From positions 264,781 through 328,780 of the forward strand of contig ML992507.1 of the NCBI GenBank assembly GCA_010093995.1: a stretch of 64,000 bases of DNA, read 5' to 3'. Within the stretch, counting starts at the first letter, position 1, and each line of letters opens with the position of its first letter. Shown here piece after piece: positions 1 to 12,279 of this stretch. The notes under the pieces were generated by a model. That model did not search any database and was not told the origin of the DNA. It was given only the letters and a program-made list of their open reading frames with translations. Source of the stretch: Elsinoe ampelina (Eukaryota). The translations under genes were made by a program, and so were the position numbers.

Positions 1-1
1 A

Positions 2-1471
2 AGTGTTGGTGCCAGCGAAGTCTCTCTGTCCAGCATCTCATCAGAAGCGCTGTGGCGTCAGTCAGGCAGGCTGGAAGGCAAAGACTCTGAGCTCTTTCGC
101 TTCAAAGACCGAAAAGACACAAAGCTGCTGCTATCTCCGACGCATGAAGAGGAGATCACTTCGATCGTCAGTGGCTCTGTTCAATCGCACAAGGATCTCC
201 CGCTCCGGCTCTATCAGATATCTCGGAAATACCGAGATGAGCAGCGCCCCCGGCAGGGTCTGCTTCGCGGTCGAGAATTCCTCATGAAAGACCTGTATAC
301 CTTTGACGCCAGCGAAGAGGCTTCTAGAACGACATACGAGGAAGTAAGGTCAGCTTATGAGCGGATTTTCAAGCAATTGACCGTCCCTTTCCTGACAGCT
401 GCCGCTGACTCCGGGTCGATGGGAGGCAAGATCAGCCACGAGTATCACTACCCTTCACCGGACGGCGAGGACAACATCATCCAATGCTCAAATTGTAGAG
501 AAACAAGGAACGACGAAGTCGCGGTCACTCGTACTGCCATCGAGGAGAAGGACATGATCCAGGACCGTAATGACATTCATCCGCAGTACGTCGCCACCGT
601 AGATGGAAAAACGCTCATTCATGTGTGGCTGCCGAACAAAGTCTCGAACACGGCGTCGCCACGACCTCCTACACTCAATCTGAACGCTGTCAAGGCGGCT
701 TTGCCTGATTTGGACGTCAAGAAGGAATTGGTGATCAATTACACAGACTCACGAATTTATGATCGATCCATATTCCTTCTCGATCCACGAGTGTCCCCGA
801 GACTCCTGGAGGGTGCCGGTTTCGAGGTTCGGCAGGCCGAAATCGACGGTATTCCCCTCTCCCTCACGACCGTACTTCCTGGCGACCTTTGCATCAGCTG
901 TGGAGAAGGGCGAGTGAACGTCATCAAAGCCATCGAAGTCGGACACACCTTCAACCTCGGAACCAGATACTCCAAGCCCTTGAAGCTGCAGGTTCGCACA
1001 TCCACGAATGAGCTTGTCGATGTGCAAATGGGCTGTCACGGGATCGGAGTCTCGAGATTGATCGCTGCAATTGCATCGGTCAAGGCAGACGACAAAGGCT
1101 TGAATTGGCCTGCCGTCATCGCTCCGTACTCAGTCCTTGTAATCCCACTCAAGGATCGAGAGGACGATTCGATAAGAGCTGCGACGTCCATCCAGGCTGC
1201 CATCGAAGAAGGATGGAATGGCCTAGCAAAGTTCATGCCCGATGTGGCTGTCGACGACAGGAATAAGGCCGTAGGATGGAAGCTCCGAGACGCTGAACTG
1301 ATCGGCTACCCAATCGTGGTGGTAGTAGGAGACGGTTACTCCAAAAGCAACACAGTGGAGGTCCACTGCCGTCAACTCGGCCTCAAGGAGAAAGAAGTTA
1401 TCCTCGACGCCACCACGCTACAAGACATATTCGTCGCGCTCGAAACCAAAGGCACAGCCTCAGTGTCATAA
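2..1471 (+). CDS. Prolyl-tRNA synthetase, bacterial-type/mitochondrial (5'-partial)
   Basis: Open frame from position 2 (SVGASEVSLSS..LWRQSGR..LLLSPTHEEEIT..LPLRLYQISRKYRDEQRPRQGLLRGREFLMKDLYTFD) continues into ORF 284..1471 with IEVGHTFNLGTRYS, MGCHGIGVSRLI and an anticodon-binding domain. Confidence 0.93.
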   Translation, partial: SVGASEVSLSSISSEALWRQSGRLEGKDSELFRFKDRKDTKLLLSPTHEEEITSIVSGSVQSHKDLPLRLYQISRKYRDEQRPRQGLLRGREFLMKDLYTFDASEEASRTTYEEVRSAYERIFKQLTVPFLTAAADSGSMGGKISHEYHYPSPDGEDNIIQCSNCRETRNDEVAVTRTAIEEKDMIQDRNDIHPQYVATVDGKTLIHVWLPNKVSNTASPRPPTLNLNAVKAALPDLDVKKELVINYTDSRIYDRSIFLLDPRVSPRLLEGAGFEVRQAEIDGIPLSLTTVLPGDLCISCGEGRVNVIKAIEVGHTFNLGTRYSKPLKLQVRTSTNELVDVQMGCHGIGVSRLIAAIASVKADDKGLNWPAVIAPYSVLVIPLKDREDDSIRAATSIQAAIEEGWNGLAKFMPDVAVDDRNKAVGWKLRDAELIGYPIVVVVGDGYSKSNTVEVHCRQLGLKEKEVILDATTLQDIFVALETKGTASVS

Positions 1472-1491
1472 TACTGTACATTATCTACATT

Positions 1492-2772
1492 CTACTCCAT
1501 CCCCTGCATGAATTCCACTTTATCAAGCACCATCCCTCTCACTCCCGCCCATTCTCGCAGCTCGTCCCATTCTGCCCCTTCCTCGTCGCCCCACTTTACG
1601 CGGTTCCTGAAACCCCATGCCTGCGCTATTCGATCCACTGCCGCTCGTTCTTCTTCCCTCACCCATCGCTCCCAGAGTGGCATCCCGCTCGACCACGTCA
1701 CGCGCACCATTTGGTCATTGGCCGTCGTCACGGCAATGTACCCCATGCTGCCTACGACGGCGATGTAGGTCATGATGCCCGCCATAGCGACGGTCGTGGC
1801 GTGTCCAGTGTCCATTGTTGTTTGGATCAGGGCAAACTTGTTCGCGAGGGTGTAGGCTGCGATTGGAGCTATGAATGTGCCGGCTATGGGCACGATGGCG
1901 CTCTTGATGATCTTGAAGCGTGCGTAGGATTTGTGGCAGTAGGTGGAGTCGATGATGGAGAGGGCGAGGGGCAGGGAGTGGTACTTGATTGCTGCTGAGA
2001 GGGCGATTTCTGCTACATCGGGGTGAATGGCGACTGATGGGGCGTTTGGGGAGGGGGCGGCGAAGGTGATGTATGGGGCTTTGTCGAGAGGGCGTGGGGA
2101 GGGCTTGTTGCGGTAGAGGTCGAATAGAGCGGGAAAGTTTTGGGGGCGGTTGAGTTGGGCTTGGAGTCTGATGTAGCTTCCAAGTATGTCGGAAGAGATG
2201 AACACGGATGGCAGCTCCATGAGTCGCGTAGCCTTCTCTGAGATATCATTAAGCAGGTCACTGGGGTCGATCTGGGTGCCTGGCTGATCCTTATGCATGG
2301 CTTTGAGCATGGCGGAAGTCGCTGTTGCTGATGTGCCTTTCGATCCTTGTCCCGGCACAGGTCTTTCATGATTGCTAGGATATTTCTCGACTATCGCCTG
2401 GTATGTTCGCAGCACTTCCAGTACGTCCTTCTCGTCGGGTATCTTCTTCGTGCTTCGAGGGTCTCCAGAGACAGAGTCGTACAGCGTACGAATCAAGCTC
2501 TGCTGTTCTGCAATGTCCGCGGTCACAGTCGGCAATGGCTCCGACTTCTTGCTACCCGATGTCAAGAAGGTCCTCTGGTGTTGTGCGCGACATCGCTGTG
2601 ACAGGCTGGGCCGGTATGATCGGGTTTGTGGTGCTTTTGCTTGCTGGAAACATTTCGGGGAATATGTAGCTCGTCCGGATGTCTGTAATCGATCGCGTAA
2701 GGCTAGCGATGATCGGACTGGTACAGCGAAGGAGCAAACCTGTCTCGGAGGCCGTACTCGTGGTCCTGACAT
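1492..2772 (-). CDS. Uncharacterised fungal protein with a probable mitochondrial presequence and two C-terminal TM helices
   Basis: 426-aa single ORF; Arg/Ser-rich N-terminus lacking acidic residues; hydrophobic segments IVPIAGTFIAPIAAY and VAMAGIMTYIAVVGSMGYIAV; Trp-rich C-terminus. Confidence 0.75.
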   Translation of the reverse strand: MSGPRVRPPRQVCSFAVPVRSSLALRDRLQTSGRATYSPKCFQQAKAPQTRSYRPSLSQRCRAQHQRTFLTSGSKKSEPLPTVTADIAEQQSLIRTLYDSVSGDPRSTKKIPDEKDVLEVLRTYQAIVEKYPSNHERPVPGQGSKGTSATATSAMLKAMHKDQPGTQIDPSDLLNDISEKATRLMELPSVFISSDILGSYIRLQAQLNRPQNFPALFDLYRNKPSPRPLDKAPYITFAAPSPNAPSVAIHPDVAEIALSAAIKYHSLPLALSIIDSTYCHKSYARFKIIKSAIVPIAGTFIAPIAAYTLANKFALIQTTMDTGHATTVAMAGIMTYIAVVGSMGYIAVTTANDQMVRVTWSSGMPLWERWVREEERAAVDRIAQAWGFRNRVKWGDEEGAEWDELREWAGVRGMVLDKVEFMQGME

Positions 2773-3019
2773 CTTCGATGGATGTCTGTGGGTGTCCTGT
2801 TGAAAATTCCAGAGCTTGATGCCGCGCGGAAGTCAAGACAGCAGCGGGAATGACGAACGACATTCAGGCTGCGGACTTCTCAAGGTAACTTCGTTTCTTA
2901 CATCCTCATATACCCAAACAATTTATACTAGCGATTTTCTTGTGCACAGCCTCGACATCTCCCAAGGACTAAGACTATTCACCGAAAGCATTGAGTAGTG
3001 GAACAGCGCATCTCCGGCC

Positions 3020-4464
3020 ATGCCGGCTCCTCCCCCACCACCACCTCCTCCACCACCGCCCGGAGCTGCAGGAGGTACGCTGGCATGAATGCGGACAAAT
3101 TGTAGTCAGCGAGCTCACTCGAAAACAGGTCCGCCACCTCCACCACCTCCCCCGCCTGGAGGGCTCCCTTCAAGACCTCCGCCCGCTGCTGCGAAAGGCA
3201 GGGTACGCGCCGGCGCCCGAAACCCAGCAGGGGACCCCCAGCTAATGCATGACAGGGAGCTTTACTTGGCGACATCACGAAAGGCAAACAGTTGAAGAAG
3301 ACCGTCACAAATGACAGATCCGGTGCTATAATAGAGGGAAAGAAGAACGCGGGTCCATCACCTCTCGGCGCACCTCCCGTGCCAGGTGGTGCACCCAAAG
3401 CTCCTTCATCGTTAGCTCCTGCGCCGCCAGGAGCCAATCGCGCTCGCGCGAATAGTGATTTGGGAGATGGTGGAGTGAGTGGCGGGCCACAGCTTGCTGG
3501 TATTCTGGCTGGTGGAATACCCAAGCTTCGCAAGACTGGTGGAATCAAGACGGGCGCAGAGACCGATTCGCCATATCTTTCAGATCCGGAGCCAAGACGA
3601 CCGTCTGCTGGACTTCGCTCTGCTACGGCTCCAAGACCCCCACCAGCACCTCGAGTACCTGGCGGAGCCCCTCCCCCTCCCCCACCTGGAGGAGCACCAG
3701 CGCCGCCTCTGAACCCAGCTGTAGCAGCATTGAAGGGAGGATTACGACCAGTTTCGACGGGCGATATTGGCGGGGACGATCCAAGACGAGCGTCAACATT
3801 AAGTTTGCCTGGCAAGCCCAAGCCCCCTGCGCCAGGCAAGAAACCCCCTATTCCTCCGCCCGCCTTCCGAAAGCCTTCAGGTACAGCGCCACCACCACCA
3901 TCTGCTGCACCACCACCGCCCTCCACATCCCCTGCGCCTCCACCCGCTCCCCCTCCACCGCCCTCGAGTGCACCTCGACCACCACCAGCGCCATCTATAC
4001 GATCGCCCCCACCGCCCCCATCTGCCTTGCCACCTACAAGCGCACCGTCACCTTCGATAGCCGAGCAGGCGGCGAGGAGTGCTTTTGGCGTTTCTCAGGG
4101 CTCGACAGCATCACCTCCCGCATCGCCTGCTCCCCCACCACCACGACCGCCAGCTAGTGCTGCTCCTCCCCCGCCTCCAGCGCCTCCCTCGCTGGCACCG
4201 TCCGCCCCACCTCCTCCACCTTCAGCGGCCCCGAGCCGAAGACCACTGGACGCATCAGCATACACTCTCACGAACGGTAATGGAATATCGCCAAGTCCTT
4301 CTCAGGTGACCTCGGGTGTCGCTCGGACTATGATCGAGAATCCAAAATGGAAGTTTCAACCAGATGATTCGCTGCCAAAGCCCAGAGATTTCACAGGTGG
4401 ACCCAAGCGATATAGAGCGGGAAGGGGAAGCAGTGTGCCACTGGATCTGGCCGCGTTTCAATGA
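3020..4464 (+). CDS. VRP1: Verprolin / WIP-like proline-rich actin-binding protein (3 exons)
   Basis: ATG 3020 MPAPPPPPPPPP; introns ~3075-3128 and ~3203-3255; spliced WH2 motif GALLGDITKGKQLKKTVTNDRS; PQLAGILAGGIPKLRK; C-terminal KWKFQ..LPKPRDF..KRYRAGRGSSVPLDL. Confidence 0.9.
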
Positions 4465-4656
4465 TGACACAATTGCAGCAGCATAGCGAATGAAGAATTC
4501 TTATGTCGACTCTCAAGTCTTCGCATCCAAGTTGCTCTATCTGTGTCTTATTCGCGACACATGTCTTCACTCTACAGCCACCAACGCCTTCGCTTGCTGA
4601 ACATCTCCAATCTTCCTGTCTAGCCATATCAACAATGTATCGAGCTTCTGTATCAG

Positions 4657-5895
4657 CTATGGCTTGATTGGCTTGTTCACCATCAAACCCAGCAGCGAAT
4701 GCGCTACCTCTGCAGCTGCCAACCCCGTCGTCTCCCCAGCAGTATCATAAATCGGAGCCACCTCAACTACAACATCATCAGCAACCATAGATCACCCCGG
4801 GGAAAACTAGGACAACTCACCAACATCAGCCCCCACAACCTCTAATCCCTCCAACGCATCCAGCACAGTCAACAACTCCCTCGTACTCCACCCACCCACC
4901 TCCGCCGTCCCCGTCGCCGGCGCAAACGCCGGGTCCAAAACATCAATATCGACACTGATATACACCTTCCCGCCCTTGACCCTGTCCCTGATACGATCCA
5001 CCACGCCCTGCACCCCAAAACGATCGAGATCCCGCGCCTTGATGACACTGAACCCACACGCCTTGTCGTGACGCAAATCGTAATGCTTGTTCACCACCGG
5101 CGCACGAATCCCCGCATGGATGGAGGAGTTGTGAATCAGCCCTTCTTCAGCGGCGATGTGGAGAAACGTGCCGTGGTTCACGCCTGCATACTCGGAGAAC
5201 CCACCGCCCAGCACGGCGGGGTCCCACGTGTCGAGGTGCGAGTCGAAGTGTATCACGCTCACTTTTCCCCAGTGATCGAACGTCGAGCGCAGCGCCGAGA
5301 GGGTGGTGGTGTGGTCGCCGCCCAGCGTGAGGATGCGCGGCACAGGGTAGGACGTGGCGTTGGTCGTGCGGGACGAGATGGTCTTGTGTGCGAGATCGAG
5401 CTGTTTGAGCGCGATGGTGTTGTCGAGGAAAGTGAGCGGGGCGTCGCCGCAATCGATGATGCGGGCCCAGGATTGGAAGATGTTGCGGCCCGTGTAGATG
5501 CTGTAGGAGAATTCGGGGGAGATGCGGCGGGTGCCGAGGCGGATGCCGGTGGGGCCGTAGCGGGCGCCGGGGCGGGCGGTGACGCCCTGGGGGGTTTAGA
5601 GGGGGTGGAATGGGGACAAGGGGCCACTTACGGTGTCGAAGGGGGCGCCGAGGACGGCGATGTCGTAGGGTGGGACTTGGTCGGCGTTGGCGTTGAGGCA
5701 GTGGACGTAGGGGAGGTTGGCGTAGGTGGTGAGACCTTGGAAGTTGGCTCCTGATATGTCGATGTTGTCGTATGGGTTGTCTTTGGACGTCGTGCCGATG
5801 GGCATCTGATAGCCATTGAGCGGTGGAAAGATGATTTCCCTTGCCGAGATAACGACTGCGAGAAGCAACGACGAGTAGAGGATGCGAGGAGCCAT
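4657..5895 (-). CDS. Agmatinase/guanidinobutyrase-type ureohydrolase (arginase family) with signal peptide, 3 exons
   Basis: Motifs GLTTYANLP, LGAPFDT, LGGDHT, IHFDSHLDT, NHGT, SVDIDVLDPAFAPATGT, then VVEVAPIYD..AAAEVAHSLL* after an intron; hydrophobic N-terminus MAPRILYSSLLLAVVISA. Confidence 0.9.
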
Positions 5896-6025
5896 GATGA
5901 CGGACATTGCTATTCTGAATTGACTACCTACTCTGTATCTTTTCAATTGTCACGAACTTGAGATGGAACTTTGATGGTTTGGGCCGACGACGGCGGATCG
6001 AAGATCATGACATAATGGTGATTTG

Positions 6026-6035
6026 TCACGTGACG
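6026..6035. promoter_or_regulatory. Perfect palindromic extended E-box GTCACGTGAC (Cbf1/bHLH-type) upstream of the ureohydrolase
   Basis: 10-bp palindrome about 130 bp upstream of ATG 5895; function inferred from motif only. Confidence 0.3.
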
Positions 6036-6649
6036 GGTTTGCTATCTCTCAGCAGAGGACGCCGACAACGAGCTTTTACAATATGCTACCGAAAATTGAG
6101 TGCGAAATCACGATATGCGGCCAGTGTATCATGCGGATAGTGGGATTTCATGTTATCCTACCAGGTCAGAAGGCTAATTTCAGGGCAATATAAATTTGCT
6201 GACGGATCCTGCGCGGTTGTTCCTGTTCCCGTCTTCCGAGGACCGTGCAATTCCTGCCAACACAGCTTCTGCACTTCGCATCCTCCAAAATAAGACGTGA
6301 AACCACGGGAACGACGCCTGCCCAATCTGCTGGATATTCAGCTGCGAGTCAGAGCGGCTAAAGTGCTCGCCAATTATGCGTTCGAGGCATGCTCGGAGCG
6401 CTGGTTCTCTTCCTTCCCGCGGTATGCTCTAACTAAAGAGAGTATCAACCTGGCTTGACAGACCGACAATGCCACTTTCCACGATGTCACTGCGGAATAG
6501 GGCGCCCATATGTGGGGTCCAAGGATGCGATACAAGTGATCATGTCTGCCTGAGCTTTTGTGGTAGGTCTTTACTCAACATTCTGTTCAGCTATTCTGTG
6601 TCGGCGCGCATCCAGCAGATCCTTCTGGATAGGACCGTGACAAGACATA

Positions 6650-8326
6650 ATGCTTGGTACTTACAGCCCCGTCCCTCAAAGAGAATCCGCACCCCACGCC
6701 CTCGACATGTCGACAGACCCGACAAAATTGGCGCCAGGTTCACCGAACGAGCATACTTTGTCCCCAAGATCTGCCATGATCGGTCCAGAAAGCCACCCAG
6801 AACGAATCTCAAGCCCTATGTCGGCGGTTTCAGCGCATTCGGACAAACAATGTGTGCCTCAAGATAGAGAAATAGCTGCACCAATGCTCGCCATCGACAA
6901 CAGAGATCAGTCTGGGAAGATCTTCTACGACTCCAGTGATGGACCAGAGCCAGTGGTGTACAAAGCATACCCTGGCAGTACTCCGCAAGCTCAGTCAGTA
7001 CCCGATACTGACGAGCTGGAGAAGGGATCGTACACAGCCGAGCCAAAGCCTGAAGGCAAATACATTTGTGGCATACAAAAGACCAAATTCATCGTCATCA
7101 TCTGCGTTTTTGCTGCCGTAGTCATTGGGCTGGCAGTAGGAATTGGCGTCAGCCAAGGCACGAAGAAGAGCAGCACCGACACCAATACCGCAAGCAGCAG
7201 CAGCACTACGGATAATGCTAAGACAACGAACAATTCGCCATTACAGGTCTTGCCAAATACAGGCATTGCAAGCACCCCAAAAGCTGGCGGTGAGGGTATG
7301 CTGTTTTACTATCAAGCTCCGAATGGTAGCGTGATTGAGGATTTCTACGCGGGTAATGCCTTGACAGCCCAAAGTGTCAAGGCATCGGGACCAGCAGCAG
7401 CACAGCGGAGTATTGTGACCACGCCCAACATTGCTCCAAAAGCACCATTGGCCGCAGTCTCATATCAGCTCAATGGGTCTGACTGGGTACGTTTTCTTCA
7501 TCGCTCAGCATTTACCCTACTTACAAGTTGCAGAGACACCTCTTCTACGTCAATAACGGCGGCACCATCATGGAGACAAAGACCTCGGACGACAACTGGA
7601 CGCAGCCAGAACGGGTTTTCGTCAATGGCATCGCACCGGGCGGTCAATGTCTAGCTGCGTGCTTCGGACCGGTCGAGCAGGGCATTGGCCTTCGAGTCAT
7701 TGCTGGCCTGTCTGATCGCGTCATGGGTACCACCAGCTTCCTTAATCAAACAGGCATCAACGGCTGGATACGTGGTCTGGTCTATTCGAACTCGACGAAC
7801 ACCGCTGGATGCGCCTGTACTGTTGACGATAAGGGTAAGGCGCCTCGATTGCATGTGTACACCAGGAACGATACGAATGCTGGAAACATACTTCACCACA
7901 TGAAACAGTTTCCGGTTGGTGATTGGATTCAAAGTGAGTGAAACTACCACCTCACGTCCAAGAAGCGCCCGCTGACCTCGCGCAGTAAACGAAGCCGCCA
8001 TAAGACAAGCACCGAACATGGCCATGGACAAGCAGTCCAGCATGGCCGTCACGAGCAGTGGCAATGGCACGACCAATTGGGTGTTCTACCAAGGCACTGA
8101 CGGTCGGATGAAGCAGTTCATTACCAACTCTCAATCTACGGCAGGCTCGAGCGCCTTCAGTTCCTGGGATACTAGGCTCGTGTCAGGTAGCAAGTTGGGG
8201 GCGACCTGGTTGGACTCAAGTCCGGAGGGACCGATGGTGCTGTACCAGACAGACGCGGCACAAGTGAGGACTTCAGTCGTGAATTGGAATGCGGTGGCTT
8301 TGGCAAACGATACCCTAAGATCATAG
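6650..8326 (+). CDS. Single-pass membrane protein with a fungal fucose-specific-lectin-like beta-propeller ectodomain (3 exons)
   Basis: Disordered N-terminus, TM helix FIVIICVFAAVVIGLAVGIGV, Ser/Thr linker, repeats with FYYQAPNG, PLAAVSY, RHLFYVNNGGTIME, WVFYQGTDG, VLYQTD; introns ~7487-7533 and ~7934-7985. Confidence 0.7.
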
Positions 8327-8593
8327 AAGTGCATATAATGTTTAATGCATCCCTTGAAGCATAAGGTACCCAAGTTCAAGTTGTTAGGAATCAGTGCCCA
8401 TGGCATTCATATCTGAAGGCAAGTTTTGCCGAGGGGAATGACGAAGCCAAACATGGTTCCATGTGAACCGCAAATGGATTCTTGAAAGCCATATGCAACG
8501 ACAGCATTGACACGTCGCTTTTGACTCTTTTCTACTCACTTCACTACCCTGTCAAGCAGAGTGACCCAAGTCAAGTTCGCACACTCATTTACC

Positions 8594-9951
8594 ATGCCTG
8601 AGCAACAGGCTCCAGAGAAGGTGACCAAAATGGACGGTGGGGAGGTTCAATCAGGCAGCTACTAAATGCAAGCAGACACCCGAGTCGCCAACGACTGCGC
8701 GGCAATTGGACTTTGACGATGACGAGCCTCAAGAGACTGGAGCGACAAAGCCTCATCAGGCGACAGTCGAAGATGAAGAGACTGCCCCATCGAAACCACC
8801 AAGGCCTGCCAGCCCACAAGTCCAAGCAGAGAACACATTGATCGAGGCATTCCCCAGCATAGATGCAAAAGTCGTTAAAGCAGTACTATCCGCCAGTGGA
8901 GGTCAAGTGGAACCAGCCTTCAACGCGCTGCTAGGAATGTCGGATCCCAACTTCAAGCAGGAAGAGGCCCCACCACCGCAGCCCCCTCGACCGACTGCAG
9001 CTCAGCGCCAACTTGAGCAGGACGAGATGTATGCGCGTCAGTTAGCTCAGCACTACCAGAGCACGGAGAGGGCACATCAGGGAGGTGGGTATGGTCAGCA
9101 GCGAGGAGAAGTACCCAGGCGCACGACACAGGAGAGGCTTTACGCCGAGGATCGCGACAGGAGCTTCTTTGAGGGTACGCGTCACCTTGCTGAAGAAAAG
9201 AATATGGCTGACTGGTTACAGATGACCTACCAGAGATCCAAAGAAGCATCCAGAAGGGCTTCCAAGAGACTCAAAAGAGCGTCAATAGCTGGTTTAACAA
9301 CTTCAAGAAGCGGCTCGAAGGAGACGAGGACGATCCGTACGATGGTCCGACCAGGTTAGACTCACCACCGGGCGGTCGTCGACCTCAGCACCAATCAGAT
9401 TACTATGGAGCCCACCAGGGAGGAAGCAGAGCGCGACGCAGCGGAGACTATGATGCAGATCCACGTGAGCTCGGGGATGACTTTACCGCACTCGAGCTCC
9501 GCGACGACGAAGGTACGAAACTCGTATCATGAGCATAGACCACATTCTGACAAGTCTAGCTCCACCACCCAAACCATCCCGACCACACGCCAACCCAGAT
9601 CTCTTTAAGCCCACGCCCGCCCCTCCTCAGTCCGGCCCCGTAGACGAAGTCGATGCTGCCGAACGCCGCGCTATATCGCCAAACAATGGCTCAGGCGCGA
9701 AGAAATGGCAACCGCTCACGTCCGTCGCCTCTCAGCCAGAGTCGGAAGAAAACGACCCCTTCAGTGTCGGGGATAGTGAGGACGAGAAGGACTTCAAGAC
9801 CAAGGACTTGCGAGAGGCGGATACCCAGAGATTGAAGGACAAGGCGAGACAGAGCGTGAGTGAGGGAGGAGATAGTGGGGCGAAGCTGGAGAAGGCGGAG
9901 ACTCAGGGTACGAAGGACAAGACGGCTGAGGAGCTGTTGACGAAGAAATGA
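8594..9951 (+). CDS. CUE5: CUE-domain ubiquitin adaptor (Cue5-like), 4 exons
   Basis: CUE motif LIEAFPSIDAKVVKAVLSASGGQVEPAFNALLGMSD; QLEQDEMYARQLA; SFFEDDLPEIQ..GFQETQ after splicing; WQPL motif. Confidence 0.85.
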
Positions 9952-10161
9952 GCGTAGGAACGGCTGTGTCTAGTGTAAGGCGACGATGAGTTTGCGGTCA
10001 TGGGACCATGGATACCACATCAGTAAGAATCAATCGATGCTGTGACCATTCGTCTACATTACTGTTCCTTCCACTATCCACGTCGATGGAGCGACAGCAC
10101 GCCAATACATCCTATCCTATATCGTACATCCCACGCAGAGCAGAGATCCTCCCTTTCCCAG

Positions 10162-12062
10162 CTAACTCCACTCCCCATCCTCCCCCCTCCTAACCATCAA
10201 CCCCTCCGTCTCCTCCAAAATCTCCCTCTCCCGCCTCCTCCTCGCCACCTCCCACCTCAACCCCCCCGCACACCCCGCCCCGGCCACCAACCCCGCGAAA
10301 TGCGCCACAAAATTGATCCCCCTGGCCGCCTGTCCGCCCTTCCACAACAGCGCCAACTCCATGGCCGCGAACGCCGCCAACAACATGGCGCCCGTGACGG
10401 GGAGCCGCACGCCGAAAGCCTCAATGTCGTTCCCCGCGCGCAGGAGACACGTGGCCGAGATGACGCCGTAGACGGCGGTGGAGGAGCCGAAGCAGTACAT
10501 GAGCCATTGGTTGCGGAGGACGAAGGAGGTGAGGGAGGTGAAGTTGGCGAGGGTTCCGGTGGCGAGGAAGATGGAGAGGAAGGTGCCGCGGCCGACGTCT
10601 TCGTGGACTGGGAGGGGGGGGAGGGTTAGGTTCTGGGTTGTGCGGAGGGTGGGGAGGGGAGGGATGAGAGAGGAAGGGGGGTCAAGGGGAGGGGGAACTT
10701 ACGGAAGCGGCCGAATGACCAGAGCAGGGCGACGTTGAAGAAGAGGTGGGGGAATTGTTGGTGGGTGAAGGTGGAGAGGAAGACGGACGCGGCGGTGGGG
10801 GATCCGGGGGAGGTGATGAAGTATTTGTTCATGACGCGCCAGAGGGGAGGGATGCGGTAGGCGAGGAATACGGCGACCATGATGCTGGTGAGGGTGGCGA
10901 TGGTGGCGAGCGCGGGAGGGGTGTCCGGGAAGTAGCGCGCCGAGTTGGGTGAGGGGACGTAGGTTTCGTGGAGGAGGAGGCTGAAGGCTAGCACGCCGAG
11001 AGTGACGAGGAGAGAGGGGAGAAGGCGTCGGACTTTGGTCAGGGGTGGTGGTGTGGTTTCTTTGGTGAGCAGGGCGGCTTCTTCGTATTTACGTACCCAG
11101 GCCGCTCGTTCGCGTGGACGGGCGAGGGTCGCGCTGCCTGTGGCACCGACGCCTAGTTCGTCGGTTTCGTTTTGACCGGGAGGCTTGCGAGCCTCTGATG
11201 CTTCGCCATTCTGTGAGTGAGCTTCTGGGTTCAAGAGCCTGGCTTCTTCGTCGGCCTTTTCTTGAGCCAAGCGCTCCTCCTCTGCGGCCTTTGCTCGTGC
11301 TTCATTGGACCTCCTCATCTCGACCAGCTGAGACTCCCCATAGACATCGCTAGATCCTAGAGCAGCCTCTTCTTCTTGCTCTACTGATGGGTCTTTGCGG
11401 TAGATACCGAGCTTCTCGGCACGAGCCACATATTCTGCTGAGACCTCGTTGATCTGCTCCTCAGCCCAGGCCACTCCAGCGCTCTGCTCGTCAAAGTCTG
11501 GAAATGTCTTCCGTAGATATATGAGTGCCTCGTAGGCTTGCTTCCTGGACACGCCAAGGTCAGGCGGAAAGTCGATCTGCTTGTCGATCAAGGCTCCTGA
11601 TTGCCTCCGCCAGTTCATAAGGCGGATGATCCAGTTGCCAACATCAGCATCCTCGATGTGCTCTGAGAAGACAGATTCTAGCTCCGTAGCGCTTAGATCT
11701 CCGGATGGTAATGGTAGCCCACCATCAGGGTCATAGTCTCTCCATGTCAATTGCCGGCTTGAAGGTTTTGATGGTGTTGAACGCGTCTCTATGCTGATCT
11801 CCGAGCCTTCGTTTGGTGCTAAGACTGGTCGTGTGGTGGCAAAGGTTCTCTGAATACGTCTCGAGACCTCCGCAAGAGGCCTAGAGCTGATGTTACCGCC
11901 AGCTCGATGATATTTCACTGCGTTTGAGCATGATGAAAGAGTCCGTCCCTCCCAGTTGCGACTCTGGCATGTGGCTCGTTGTCCGTGAATCCAGAAACCA
12001 GAGGTTTTATGTCTTGAGCTGATCTCTAGCAATCGTGATATCCGCTGGACGGCATGCCGCAT
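10162..12062 (-). CDS. Mitochondrial rhomboid protease (Pcp1/Rbd1-like), 2 exons
   Basis: Presequence-like N-terminus; STFTHQQFPHLFFN; intron ~10608-10702; catalytic GSS and AHFAG motifs in exon 2. Confidence 0.85.
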
Positions 12063-12279
12063 CTTCCTAGGTTACAGTGACGGGATTCAGTGTAAACCCA
12101 TGTCACCATGCAAGATGAAGACAGCCCGATCGGCAATTATTTTTGCCACGATCAGTTGATGGTTCGCCGAATTGCAGCAGGCACGGACCATGCGTTCCTA
12201 AAGCTCTCACCCACGTGCAGCTCGACACGTTTCTTCCAGAGCTATCGGCCGACGACGAATAATTTCTTCAGACACAGCC

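Noticed and set aside
3..287. Separate 94-aa ORF or apparent frameshift before ProRS
   Set aside because: ProRS is continuous in the frame starting at position 2; this ORF is an off-frame shadow.
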